Of a DNA stretch of 64,000 nucleotides, positions 49,399 through 59,072 are shown one piece after another. The DNA lies in NCBI GenBank assembly GCA_963751045.1, contig CAVVTA010000009.1, positions 260,243 through 324,242 of the forward strand, in the 5' to 3' direction. Within the stretch, counting starts at the first letter, position 1, and each line of letters starts with the position of its first letter. The position numbers and the translations under genes were made by a program. Source of the stretch: an uncultured Actinomycetota bacterium (lineage in GTDB: Bacteria > Actinomycetota > Actinomycetes > Propionibacteriales > Propionibacteriaceae). The notes beneath the pieces were generated by a model that made no database searches, was not told the origin of the DNA, and saw only the letters and a list, made by a program, of their open reading frames with translations.

Positions 49399-51279
49399 TC
49401 AGCCGATCCGTTCGTCGACGTAGCACCAGCGCCAGTCCTCACCAGGCTCGAAGGACCGCATCACCACGTGCCCGGACTGGCGAAAGTGCCGTTCGGCGTG
49501 CCGTCCGACGGAGGAATCGCAGCAGCTCACCTTGGCGCAGCTCAGGCAGATCCGCAAGTGGACCGGCCGGGTGCCTTCCCGGGCGCAGTCGTCGCAGCCG
49601 GTGGCGCCGTTGCTGGCGACGTCGGCCGGGGCCGCCTCCAGGTGTCCGCACAGGCCCTCCGCCGCGGTCGGCGTGGCCACCGGTTGCTCAGAGAGTTCCT
49701 CGGACCGCTCGTTCGCCAGATCCAGCATGGACTCCTCGATGTCCAGCATGGCCAGGACCTGTTCGACCACGTCCGCTTCGACCGTGCCGGCTCGCCGGAT
49801 CCGCAGTACCTCCTCACGTTCCGCCTGCAGAGTCACCAGCCGGAGCCGGCGGTACTGCTCCGCCGGGGTCTCCCGATCCCGGGCCCCGAGCTTCTCCCAC
49901 ATCGCATGCGGCCGGGAGGCGATCCGGTCGCGTACGGACCGCACCGTGTCGCTGTCGTGCTCGTCGCGAGCGATCTCGTCGAGCTTCGCGAGGGCCACCC
50001 GGGTCGTCGACTCAAGCACCGTGGCGCCCTGCAGCGCGTCGGAACGAGGATCGGGTCCGCGCAGACCGAGCCGCCGCACCAGAGCCGGCAGGGTTCCGCC
50101 CTGCAGCATCAAGGTTCCGGCTACCACGACCAACGCGGCCAGGACGAGGACGGTGTAGTACGGCACGTCGGACGGGATCAGGAAGGCCGCGGCCAGCGTG
50201 ACAACGCCGCGCAGCCCGGCCCAGCCGACCACGAGCACGTACTGCCACGGAGTGCGGATGCCGTCCCGGTCGCGGTCACGCCGGAACAGGACGAACTGGG
50301 TGGCGAACACCCATACCAGCCGCAGGACGATGACGGCGCCCAACACGGCGGCACAGAAGCCGATGACGTGGAGTGTGGAGAGATCTGAGGCGCCGACGTC
50401 GGTGAAGATCCGCCGGGCCTGCAGGCCGATCAGCAAGAAGACGGCGTTCTCCAGCAGGAAGACGATGGTCGCCCAGTTCACCCGCTCACTGAGCCGCGAT
50501 CGCCCGGACTGGAAGGAAGGTGACTTCGTGCCCAGCACGAGCCCCGCGACCACCACGGCGATCACCCCGGAGCCGTGGGAGCCGTTGAACTCGATCGCCT
50601 CCGCCGGCAGGTACGCCGCAAACGGAACCAGCAAGGAGATCGCGGTGTCGAAGACCGGTTCGTGCAGCCGCTTCCGGACCGCGATCGCCACGGCGGCCAC
50701 GATCAGCCCGACCACGAGCCCGCCGACTGCGGCGATGAGGAAGCTGACGGTCACCCCCAGTACGGTCACGGCGCTCGACATGGCCACGATCGCGACCCGT
50801 AGACAGGTGATCGCTGTGGCGTCATTGACCAGCGACTCGCCCTCCAGAATGGTCACCAGGCGCCGGGGCATGCCGACCCGGCGGGCGATGGAGGTGGCCG
50901 CGACCGCATCGGGCGGCGCCACCACGGCTCCCAGGGCGAACGCGACGGCGAACGGGATCGGCAGGATCAGCCACGCGACCAGGCCGACCCCCAGCGCCGT
51001 GAAGATCACCAGTCCCACCGACAAGAAGCCGATCGAGCGTCGGTTCGCCCGGAGATCGAGGACTGAGGTTCGCAGCGCCGCCGAGTAGAGGAGCGGGGGC
51101 AGCAGGCCGAACAGCACGATGTCGGCCTCCAGCGCCGGCTCACGGACGAACGGCACGAACGACGCGACGATGCCCACCGCCACCAGCAGCAACGGCGCGG
51201 AGAGCCGCAGCCGCTCCGCCACGGCGGTCACCGCGATCACCGTCGCAGCAATGGCCAGGATCGCGAATGCCACCTCCAC
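49399..51279 (-). CDS. Na+/H+ antiporter (CPA1 family) with a C-terminal UBP-type zinc-finger domain
   Basis: Polytopic N-terminal part with the EGESLVNDATAI motif. The C-terminal ~85 aa are CDDCAREGTRPVHLRICLSCAKVSCCDSSVGRHAERHFRQSGHVVMRSFEPGEDWRWCYVDE. The long ORF is trimmed to the GTG at 51279. Confidence 0.8.
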   Translation of the reverse strand: MEVAFAILAIAATVIAVTAVAERLRLSAPLLLVAVGIVASFVPFVREPALEADIVLFGLLPPLLYSAALRTSVLDLRANRRSIGFLSVGLVIFTALGVGLVAWLILPIPFAVAFALGAVVAPPDAVAATSIARRVGMPRRLVTILEGESLVNDATAITCLRVAIVAMSSAVTVLGVTVSFLIAAVGGLVVGLIVAAVAIAVRKRLHEPVFDTAISLLVPFAAYLPAEAIEFNGSHGSGVIAVVVAGLVLGTKSPSFQSGRSRLSERVNWATIVFLLENAVFLLIGLQARRIFTDVGASDLSTLHVIGFCAAVLGAVIVLRLVWVFATQFVLFRRDRDRDGIRTPWQYVLVVGWAGLRGVVTLAAAFLIPSDVPYYTVLVLAALVVVAGTLMLQGGTLPALVRRLGLRGPDPRSDALQGATVLESTTRVALAKLDEIARDEHDSDTVRSVRDRIASRPHAMWEKLGARDRETPAEQYRRLRLVTLQAEREEVLRIRRAGTVEADVVEQVLAMLDIEESMLDLANERSEELSEQPVATPTAAEGLCGHLEAAPADVASNGATGCDDCAREGTRPVHLRICLSCAKVSCCDSSVGRHAERHFRQSGHVVMRSFEPGEDWRWCYVDERIG

Positions 51280-51392
51280 GGACCCATCGTTCCAGAGCCC
51301 GATGGACACCCGCGGAGCCGTCCCGTTCGTGCTCTGCGCCGGTCGCGGGATCGGATGGGAGGATTCAAGCGCAGGCAGGATGGGTCGCGCCG

Positions 51393-52664
51393 ATGCCGGA
51401 GGAGGTGGGCGAGACGTTTCAGGACGATCCGTACGTGCCCGGCGAGCCGGATGCCGACGGCTCGCACTTGCTGTCCTCGGGTCAGGTCCATGACCTCCTG
51501 AGGGCGGCGGTCGGACACGGCGGCGGGCGGCTGGCGTCGTGGCGACTCGACCACATCGACGCCCAGCCCGGTCATGCCACCACGGCCACCTACGCTGCCG
51601 TGGTCGACTGGCCGTTCGGGCGGCGCGAGGAGCTGCTCGGCGCCAGTGCCCGGGCGGGGCGGCGATCCGACACCGACGAACGAGCGGTGATCTTCGCCGA
51701 TGGCAGCCGGGAGGTCGCGGTCTGGCTGTACCCCAACGATCCGGACCTCCCGGGCCTGGCCCGGGTCGCTTCATCGTCGGCGGTCGCCGGCCTCATCAGC
51801 GAGTTCAACATCCTGAACCGGACCGTGACCGCCGAGGACGTCGGGTTGGAGATTGTCGGCTACCGCCCCCGCCGCCGGGCCGTCCTCCGGGCGACGGTGC
51901 GCACCCCAACCGGCCGCGTGGTGCTCTACGTCAAGGTGTTGCGCGAGGAGGCGTTCGCCGCCACCGTGCGTCGCCACGAGATGTTGCTCGGAGCCGGTCT
52001 CCCAGCGCCGCCGATCGCGGCCGCGACGCCCGACTTCGTGCTGGTTCTCCGAGAATTACCCGGCCGTCCGTTGGCCGCCGCGATGTTCGACGCCGTACCG
52101 CCTTGTCGAGCCGAGGACCTGATCGACTTGCTGGACGCGATGCCGCCAGAGATCGCGACGCTGCCGCGCCGGGCGCCCTGGGTGGAGGCGCTGCACCAGT
52201 ACGCCGCGATGGTGGCGGCCGCGCTGCCCGAGGTGGTTCCGCGGCTCGGCGAGCTGGTCGCCCAGATCGATGCCGGTTTGGTCTCCACTCCCGGGCGGGA
52301 GGCGACCCACGGAGACTTCCACGAAGGTCAGCTGCTGGTGATCGGTGGCGCCGTCTCCGGACTGCTGGACATCGACACGGTCGGCCCGGGACAACGGGTG
52401 GATGACCTGGCCTGCCTGGTGGCCCATCTGTCGACCGTGCAGCGGATGAACACCCGCCAGGCGGCGCGGGTACAACGTCTGGTGCGGACCTGGATGCCTG
52501 TCTTCGACGCGCGCGTCGATCCGGTCGAGCTCCGGTTGCGGGCCGCCGGCGTGATCATTTCGCTGGCGACCGGTCCTTACCGCAGTCAGGAGCCGGGCTG
52601 GCGGCAGGAGACGATGGCCATCGTGGACGCGGCCGAGCGGCTAGTCCGCGGCGTCCGGGCCTGA
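51393..52664 (+). CDS. Phosphotransferase (aminoglycoside phosphotransferase / protein-kinase-like fold) family protein
   Basis: Catalytic-loop motif [12 protein letters not shown] followed by LLDIDTVG. Trimmed to the ATG at 51393. Confidence 0.65.
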   Translation: MPEEVGETFQDDPYVPGEPDADGSHLLSSGQVHDLLRAAVGHGGGRLASWRLDHIDAQPGHATTATYAAVVDWPFGRREELLGASARAGRRSDTDERAVIFADGSREVAVWLYPNDPDLPGLARVASSSAVAGLISEFNILNRTVTAEDVGLEIVGYRPRRRAVLRATVRTPTGRVVLYVKVLREEAFAATVRRHEMLLGAGLPAPPIAAATPDFVLVLRELPGRPLAAAMFDAVPPCRAEDLIDLLDAMPPEIATLPRRAPWVEALHQYAAMVAAALPEVVPRLGELVAQIDAGLVSTPGREATHGDFHEGQLLVIGGAVSGLLDIDTVGPGQRVDDLACLVAHLSTVQRMNTRQAARVQRLVRTWMPVFDARVDPVELRLRAAGVIISLATGPYRSQEPGWRQETMAIVDAAERLVRGVRA

Positions 52665-52671
52665 CAGGAAG

Positions 52672-54261
52672 GTGAAGCTCGAAGTGGGTCACACGGAGTC
52701 CGGCCTTCCGTTCCAGCCGGTGTACTCGGCCAAAGATCTTGCCGGCTTCGACCCGGCGACCGCACTGGGCGAGCCCGGCGAGTTCCCCTACACGCGAGGG
52801 GTCTACCCGGGCATGTACACGGGACGGCCGTGGACCATGCGGCAGTATGCGGGCTTCGGGACCGCCGCAGAGTCCAACGCGCGCTACCGGGAACTGATCA
52901 CGCACGGCACGACCGGACTCTCGGTCGCGTTCGACCTGCCGACGCAGATGGGTCTCGACTCTGATGCACCGATCGCCGCCGGCGAGGTCGGGAAGGTCGG
53001 GGTGGCGATCGACTCGATCGACGACATGCGGGTGCTGCTCGACGGCCTGCCGCTGGCCGAGATCTCCACGTCGATGACCATCAACGCGCCGGCTGCGGTC
53101 CTGTTGCTGCTGTACCAACTGGTGGCCGAGGAGCAGGGGGTCGACCCGGCCCGGCTGACCGGCACCATCCAGAACGACGTGCTCAAGGAGTACATCGCGC
53201 GGGGCACCTACATTTTCCCGCCGGTCGCCTCGCTGCGGCTGGTCAGCGACACCTTCGGCTACTGCCGGGAGCACCTGCCGCGGTGGAACTCGATCTCCAT
53301 CTCCGGTTACCACATGGCCGAGGCGGGCGCCACGCCCGCGCAGGAGTTGGCCTTCACCCTGGCCAACGGGATCGCCTACGTCGAGGCCGCCTTGGCCGCC
53401 GGGATGTCGGTGGACCAGATCGCTCCGCGGCTGTCATTCTTCTTCGTCTCCCGCACCACGTTGCTGGAGGAGGTGGCGAAGTTCCGTGCGGCTCGGCGGA
53501 TCTGGGCCCATCTGATGCGGGAGCGTTTCGGGGCCCAGGACCCGCGGTCGGGAATGCTGCGGTTCCACACCCAGACCGCCGGTGTCCAACTGACCGCGCA
53601 GCAACCGGAGGTGAATCTGGTCCGGGTCACCGTGCAGGCATTGGCCGCGGTGCTGGGCGGCACTCAGTCGCTGCACACCAACGCCTTCGACGAGGCGCTC
53701 GCGCTGCCGACCGCGAAGTCGGCGCGGCTGGCGCTGCGGACCCAGCAGGTGTTGGCCCACGAGACCGATCTGACCGAGACGGTGGACCCGTTCGCCGGCT
53801 CGTACGTAGTGGAGTCGTTGACCGACGACCTCGAGGCCGAGGTGCTGCGGCAGATGTCGGAGATCGCGGAGCAGGGCGGTGCGGTGGCGGCCATCGAGGA
53901 GGGCTACCAGAAGACGGAGATCGAACGGTCCGCGTATGAGATCGCGGGCCAGATCGACAGCGGCGAACGGGTCGTGGTCGGGGTCAACCGTTTCCGGATC
54001 GACGGGGAGGAAGACTACGTTCCCCTGGTTCCGGATCCGGCCATCGAACAGGCCCAGGGCGAGCGCCTCCGCCGCCTGCGCGCCGAGCGCGACGGTGCGG
54101 CGGTCGACAAGTGTCTCGGCGAACTTCGAGGCGTGGCCGCCGGTACCGGCAACGTCCTGCCGGTGCTCAAGCGGGCCCTGGCCACGCGGGCCACAATCGG
54201 TGAGGTCTGCGACGCGCTCCGGGATGTGTGGGGCACCTATACCCCGACCGAGCGGTTCTGA
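52672..54261 (+). CDS. Acyl-CoA mutase large (substrate-binding) subunit, methylmalonyl-CoA mutase family, no B12-binding domain
   Basis: [35 protein letters not shown]...[11 protein letters not shown]. At 529 aa it ends before any B12-binding domain. Confidence 0.85.
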   Translation: MKLEVGHTESGLPFQPVYSAKDLAGFDPATALGEPGEFPYTRGVYPGMYTGRPWTMRQYAGFGTAAESNARYRELITHGTTGLSVAFDLPTQMGLDSDAPIAAGEVGKVGVAIDSIDDMRVLLDGLPLAEISTSMTINAPAAVLLLLYQLVAEEQGVDPARLTGTIQNDVLKEYIARGTYIFPPVASLRLVSDTFGYCREHLPRWNSISISGYHMAEAGATPAQELAFTLANGIAYVEAALAAGMSVDQIAPRLSFFFVSRTTLLEEVAKFRAARRIWAHLMRERFGAQDPRSGMLRFHTQTAGVQLTAQQPEVNLVRVTVQALAAVLGGTQSLHTNAFDEALALPTAKSARLALRTQQVLAHETDLTETVDPFAGSYVVESLTDDLEAEVLRQMSEIAEQGGAVAAIEEGYQKTEIERSAYEIAGQIDSGERVVVGVNRFRIDGEEDYVPLVPDPAIEQAQGERLRRLRAERDGAAVDKCLGELRGVAAGTGNVLPVLKRALATRATIGEVCDALRDVWGTYTPTERF

Positions 54262-54290
54262 TCCCGTTCCCTGGAAGGCCCAGAGAAGGG

Positions 54291-55184
54291 CTAGAGCCCG
54301 GCCTTCTCCAACGCGTCGTCGTAGAGCTCGAGCGCGTCGCCCTCCGAGCGGCCCTGGGCCAGCGCCGACGCGTAGATGCCTTCGAGCCGTTCGCCGATGG
54401 TGGAGTATCGGGCCATCCACTGCTCCTGCTTGACTCGCCAGTAGCCCAGGATCGTGAACCGGTCGGCGGACCAGCCCCACTCGTGCCGCAAGAACTTGCG
54501 CACCGCCCGGGACTCGGCGGCATCGCCGGCGAACCACAGGTAGCCGGGCCCGCTCGGCAACGTCAGCTCGCGGAGAGCGTCCAGCAGTCGGCTGGCCCCG
54601 ATCCCGTTGCCGGTGCCGCGGAGCCAGCTGATGGAGGTCTGCGCCGGAAGTCGGAGACGCTGTTCATCGGCGGGCTCGATCACTTCGGCGATGGCATGGG
54701 TGGCCATCGCCGAGGTCGGGTTCTCCACGATGCGTCCGAGCGCGGGCAGGCCGGTCAGATCGGCCAGCAGGACCTGCCACTGAGCGTCCGCGGCCGGGGC
54801 GTACCAGCCACCCGCCTCGGTCAGGTAGACGACGTCGCCCGGCCGCGCCCGCACCGCCCACGGGGAGGCGACGCCGCCGGGATGGAGCACGAAGTCGATG
54901 GTCATCTCGCCGCGCATCGGCTCCCAGTCCCGCACGGTGTAGCTGCGCATCGGCGGACACGTCGCGCGGTCCGGGTAGTCGAGGGTCCCGTCGGGCATCC
55001 GTGCCGGGGGCGGTGGCTCGGCCGCGCCCACGGGCGGGAAGACGACCATCAGGCGCTCATCCCCGACCCCGGTGCTGCGGAACCGCTCCAGGTCTCCACC
55101 GCCGAACACGATGCGCAGCATGTGCGGGGTCAGCCGCTCCGCCGCGAGCACCTCGGCCCGGTAGTAGTCCTGGTAGTACGCCAC
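54291..55184 (-). CDS. Siderophore-interacting protein (FAD-binding ferric-siderophore reductase family)
   Basis: RAEVLAAERLTPHMLRIVFGG...YTVR...GDAAESRAVRKFLRHEWG. Trimmed to the GTG at 55184, which has GGAGGA 8 nt upstream. Confidence 0.8.
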   Translation of the reverse strand: MAYYQDYYRAEVLAAERLTPHMLRIVFGGGDLERFRSTGVGDERLMVVFPPVGAAEPPPPARMPDGTLDYPDRATCPPMRSYTVRDWEPMRGEMTIDFVLHPGGVASPWAVRARPGDVVYLTEAGGWYAPAADAQWQVLLADLTGLPALGRIVENPTSAMATHAIAEVIEPADEQRLRLPAQTSISWLRGTGNGIGASRLLDALRELTLPSGPGYLWFAGDAAESRAVRKFLRHEWGWSADRFTILGYWRVKQEQWMARYSTIGERLEGIYASALAQGRSEGDALELYDDALEKAGL

Positions 55185-55218
55185 AGCGCTTGTCCTCCGC
55201 CCGATCTGACACAACTGG

Positions 55219-55237
55219 TAAGGCGAGCCTACCCTAT
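55219..55237. promoter_or_regulatory. Candidate IdeR/DtxR-type iron box
   Basis: The gene-sense strand reads ATAGGGTAGGCTCGCCTTA. This matches the mycobacterial IdeR consensus TTAGGTTAGGCTAACCTAA at 14 of 19 positions (hand count). It lies 35 nt upstream of the siderophore-interacting protein start. Confidence 0.45.
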
Positions 55238-55391
55238 ACATCCAGACATGTGCACGGACGAGCGCACCGGTCGCGCTCCAGGAAGCAGCTCGCGGCGGAT
55301 GAAGGCTCCGGGTGTCGGCCGCCGACCCGGATCGCCGAGGGACGCACCCGGGACATGCGGTTCGCGTACGGGATGGTCACCGGCGGCGCTC

Positions 55392-56075
55392 CTAGACCTC
55401 GAAGGCCAGCGAGGTCGGCTGTCCGTCCCGCAGCCGTTCGACGTGCTCGCGGTAGTTCAGCAGGTCGAACAACGACGTACCGCCCTCGATCGCGACTCGG
55501 ATCGCGGCTTCTCGATCCTGGATCGATGTCGCGACCGTCAGCGCGCGCTCCAGTTCCTCGTCGCTGGCGACCACGATCCCGTCATCGTCCCCGACCAGAA
55601 TGTCGCCGGGCCGGACATCGACGTCTCCCAGCCGGATCGGCCGCGAAACGGAGGGGAGTGTGCTCGCGCCATGGGCCCGTGGCGTCGACCCGAGCGCATA
55701 GATCGGCAGCGGCAGTTCGGCCAGAGTCGCCGTGTCGCGGCAGAGTCCGTAGACCACGATGCCCGCCAGACCCCGTCGGATGGCCTCACTGGCGAACAGC
55801 TCGCCGAGGACGGCATGGCTCGTGCTTCCGGCGTCCACCACCAAGACCTCTCCGGAGCCGGCCTGCTGGAGGCCGGCCAGGACGGGGATCAGATCGCCTC
55901 TGGCCTCGACCGTGACGGCTCGGCCGATCATCTTCACGCCGTGGGTGAACGGGCGGAGTTCGCGGGGCAGCACGCGGAGCGTCTTGTCGGCGTCGGACAG
56001 ACTGGCGGCGTCGAGCCGCTCGACCTGCGTCGGGATCGGGCGCTCGGCGCCGGGCTCTCCGGCGGCGTCGGTCAT
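55392..56075 (-). CDS. RraA-family protein (RNase E inhibitor / HMG-CHA aldolase-like)
   Basis: GRAVTVEA...GEVLVVDAGS...AVLGELFASEAIRRGLAGIVVYGLCRD. Confidence 0.75.
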   Translation of the reverse strand: MTDAAGEPGAERPIPTQVERLDAASLSDADKTLRVLPRELRPFTHGVKMIGRAVTVEARGDLIPVLAGLQQAGSGEVLVVDAGSTSHAVLGELFASEAIRRGLAGIVVYGLCRDTATLAELPLPIYALGSTPRAHGASTLPSVSRPIRLGDVDVRPGDILVGDDDGIVVASDEELERALTVATSIQDREAAIRVAIEGGTSLFDLLNYREHVERLRDGQPTSLAFEV

Positions 56076-56206
56076 CGCTCTCCCTTCGTCCGGTTCGGGA
56101 CGCTGACCGGCAGCCTGGGGAGCCGAGCCGCTCAGCGGGCGGAGTCTATCCGCTCGAAATCGTGCCGCTGGAAGGTCGCTTCGGGCCGCCGTGAGAAACT
56201 GACGCG

Positions 56207-57418
56207 GTGTCCGTCGGATCCGCTGAGACCGACCGTCCCGCCCTGATCGCGGCGGAGACGGATCGGTTGTTCGGCCGCCTGGTGGAGTTGCGGCGGGATC
56301 TGCACGCCCATCCGGAGATCGGCAACCAGGAGTTCCGGACCACTCAGCTCATCGTCGACACGCTCGGCGAGGCGGGCTTGACCGCCAAGGTGTTGGACAT
56401 CGGTACGGGGGCGGTTTGCGACCTGCTCCCAGACGACTACGACCCGGGGAGGGGCCTGGTGGGCTTGCGGGGGGACATCGACGGCCTGCCGATCCAGGAC
56501 GGCAAGACCGTTCCGTACCGGTCCCGGCTGGACGGCTTCTGCCACGCCTGCGGGCACGATGTACACACCACGGTCGTGCTGGGGGCCGGTTTGGTGCTGG
56601 CCCGGCTCCGGGAGCGGGGGCAGCTCCACCGCGGTGTCCGGCTGATCTTCCAGCCGGCCGAGGAGCTGAGCCCCGGTGGAGCGGTCGACGCCATCGCCTG
56701 CGGCGCGATCGACGGCCTGTCTGAGGTGTACGCCATGCACTGCGATCCCCGGACCGACGCCGGTCGGCTGGCCCTGAAGACGGGAGCCATCACCTCCGCC
56801 GTCGACCGGGTCCTGGTCACCGTACGGGGGCCGGGCGGGCACACGTCCCGGCCGCAGCTGAGCGGTGACCTGATCGGGGCCCTGGGGGCGGTGGCGACCA
56901 CGGCGCAGTTGGTGCTCTCCCGGCGGGTCGACCCGCGCAGCGGGGTGTCGCTGATGTGGGGCAAGATCGCTGCCGGCTCGGTGGCCAACGCCATCCCGGG
57001 GGTCGGCACCATCGAAGGCACCCTCCGAGCCCTGGACGAGAGTGGCTGGCGGCTGGCGCAGCAGCTGATTCCGGAGCTGGTCCGCCAGATCGTCTCGCCG
57101 TTCAGTGTCGAGGTGGACGTGGATGTGACCAAGGGCGTGCCGCCGGCGGTCAATCACGCAATCGGCGTGGAACACTTTTCCCACGCGGTCCGCACCATGC
57201 TGGGCGGCTCCGCTCTGACCAGGACGGAACAATCCCTGGGCGGCGAGGACTTTGCCTGGATGCTCCAGCAGGTTCCGGGGGCCATGGGCCGACTCGGGGT
57301 CCGACGCCCGGGTGAGCCGGCACCTGACATCCACCAGCCCACCTTCGACGTCGACGAGCGGTGCATCTCCGTCGGCGTCAAGGTCTTGTGCGAACTCGCC
57401 GCCGGTCGGCGGAGCTGA
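56207..57418 (+). CDS. M20-family amidohydrolase (N-acyl-L-amino-acid amidohydrolase-like)
   Basis: LHAHPEIGNQEFRT...CHACGHDVHT...FQPAEE...SLGGEDFAW. Confidence 0.82.
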   Translation: MSVGSAETDRPALIAAETDRLFGRLVELRRDLHAHPEIGNQEFRTTQLIVDTLGEAGLTAKVLDIGTGAVCDLLPDDYDPGRGLVGLRGDIDGLPIQDGKTVPYRSRLDGFCHACGHDVHTTVVLGAGLVLARLRERGQLHRGVRLIFQPAEELSPGGAVDAIACGAIDGLSEVYAMHCDPRTDAGRLALKTGAITSAVDRVLVTVRGPGGHTSRPQLSGDLIGALGAVATTAQLVLSRRVDPRSGVSLMWGKIAAGSVANAIPGVGTIEGTLRALDESGWRLAQQLIPELVRQIVSPFSVEVDVDVTKGVPPAVNHAIGVEHFSHAVRTMLGGSALTRTEQSLGGEDFAWMLQQVPGAMGRLGVRRPGEPAPDIHQPTFDVDERCISVGVKVLCELAAGRRS

Positions 57419-57475
57419 GCGGTCCCCCGCCGCGGTATAGTCCCCTTGGGACCAGCTAGCGAGCAAGGACTGCGG

Positions 57476-58183
57476 ATGGACAATGTTGAGCAGAGCCTGG
57501 ACCAGAAGTCGCTCGAGCAAGCTGGACTGACGCCGACCTCGTACGCCATCCTCGGTCTGCTCGGCATCAAACCGTGGACCACGTACGAGCTGGCGAAGCA
57601 GATGGATCGAACGCTCAACCGTTTTTGGCCCCGCGCCAGGAGCAAGCTCTACGAAGAGCCGAAGAAGCTCGTGAGGATGGGGCTGGCCGTGGCCACGCCC
57701 GGCGCTCACGGTCGCCGTCCCCGGACGGTCTACTCCATCACCTCCAGCGGTCGCCAAGCCCTCGCCGCCTGGCTGTCCGCCGACAGCAGCGAGCCCGTTT
57801 TCGAGTCTGAGCACATCCTCAAGGTGTTCTACGCGCGGAACGGAACCAGCGACGATCTCCTGACCACCTTGGCCCGGCTTCGGGCCTGGACTCACGATTT
57901 GACGCTACGCAACATCGAGGTCGGCACCGACTATCTCCAAGGCGCCGGACCCTACCCGGAGCGACTCGCCACGCTGGTGCTCACCGGGCGGTTCCTGGAC
58001 GATTACCTCGAGATGATCGAGCGCTGGACCAGCTGGGCCAGCGACATCGTTGCCGATTGGCCGGCCGACCCCTCCGAGGCCACTCCCGATCTTGAGGCAC
58101 TCGCCGCCACCGTACGGCAAGCGACGGCTCGAGCCGAGCGCTCGAACTCGAGCACGGCCGCATCGTGTGACCTCACGCGCTGA
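57476..58183 (+). CDS. PadR-family transcriptional regulator
   Basis: Winged HTH: LTPTSYAILGLLGIKPWTTYELAKQMDRTLNRFWPRARSKLYEEPKKLVRMGL. The ATG at 57476 follows AAGGA. The ORF-track TTG at 57446 is possible. Confidence 0.8.
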   Translation: MDNVEQSLDQKSLEQAGLTPTSYAILGLLGIKPWTTYELAKQMDRTLNRFWPRARSKLYEEPKKLVRMGLAVATPGAHGRRPRTVYSITSSGRQALAAWLSADSSEPVFESEHILKVFYARNGTSDDLLTTLARLRAWTHDLTLRNIEVGTDYLQGAGPYPERLATLVLTGRFLDDYLEMIERWTSWASDIVADWPADPSEATPDLEALAATVRQATARAERSNSSTAASCDLTR

Positions 58184-59072
58184 GGGACGTCGCCACGGAA
58201 TTCCGGAAGACGGAGGCGTGGTCCCGGGCGTACGTGGCGAAGGATCGCGCTGGCTGCCCGGTGATGAGCTCGACGGTGGGAGTGGTCTGTGCCTGACCGC
58301 CGTCGCGCAGCGTCTCATAAACCTTGACGATCTGGGCCGCGGCGAACGGCGGGACGCCGGCCTGCGCGAGTCCGGACACCGCCACTTCCGGCGCGATGTC
58401 GACGTAGCCCACGGGCTGGCCGGTGGCCGCGGACAGGTCGGCGGCCACCTGGGCGTAGGTGATGGCCGCCGGACCGGTCAGCACAAGTGAGCTCCCTTCA
58501 TGACCGTCCTCGGTCAGGGCCACGACCGCCACCGCCGCGACGTCGGCTGGGTGGACCATGGCGATGCGGGCCGCTGCCGCCGGCGCAAAGAGCATGCCGA
58601 GATGGCGGACCTGGTCGGCGGCTCCCAGGAGGTTGGTCATCGAGAACGTCGGCTGGAGCGTCACGGCGGGAACACCCGATGCTCGGAGGTGCTGCTCGAT
58701 CACCCCGTGCCAACGCCAGAAGGCGACCGGGGCATCGAGGTCCGCCCCTCGGGCCGACAACTTGACGATGCGACGCACACCCGCGCGTGCGGCCTCGTCG
58801 ATCGCCCGACACTCGTACTTCACCTGGTCGGCGACGTTCCCGCACGCAAGAAAGAGTGTCTCTGCCCCCGTCATGGCCGCACGGATGGATCCGGTGTCAC
58901 CGAAATCGCCAACGGCTAGTCCCACGCCGTCACCCAGGATCTCGGTCGCCCGGCGGGGGTCGCGTACCAGGCCGCGGACGTGGCTCCCGCGCTCCCGCAG
59001 GAGGGTCACGAGATGTGCCCCGACGCTGCTGGTCGCTCCGGTGACCAGAACTGTGCTCACGGTGGTTCTCAC
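58173..59072 (-). CDS. NmrA-like / atypical SDR NAD(P)H-binding protein
   Basis: VLVTGATSSVGAHLVTLLRERGSHVRGLVRD. The GTG start overlaps the upstream stop (GTGA). Confidence 0.75.
   Translation of the reverse strand: MRTTVSTVLVTGATSSVGAHLVTLLRERGSHVRGLVRDPRRATEILGDGVGLAVGDFGDTGSIRAAMTGAETLFLACGNVADQVKYECRAIDEAARAGVRRIVKLSARGADLDAPVAFWRWHGVIEQHLRASGVPAVTLQPTFSMTNLLGAADQVRHLGMLFAPAAAARIAMVHPADVAAVAVVALTEDGHEGSSLVLTGPAAITYAQVAADLSAATGQPVGYVDIAPEVAVSGLAQAGVPPFAAAQIVKVYETLRDGGQAQTTPTVELITGQPARSFATYARDHASVFRNSVATSLSA

Noticed and set aside
58173-58183. Overlapping 3' ends of convergent genes: PadR with NmrA by 11 nt, and LLM with DUF4190 at 6782-6785.
   Set aside because: These overlaps are real in the sequence but common in compact genomes. 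There is no evidence here for antisense regulation.
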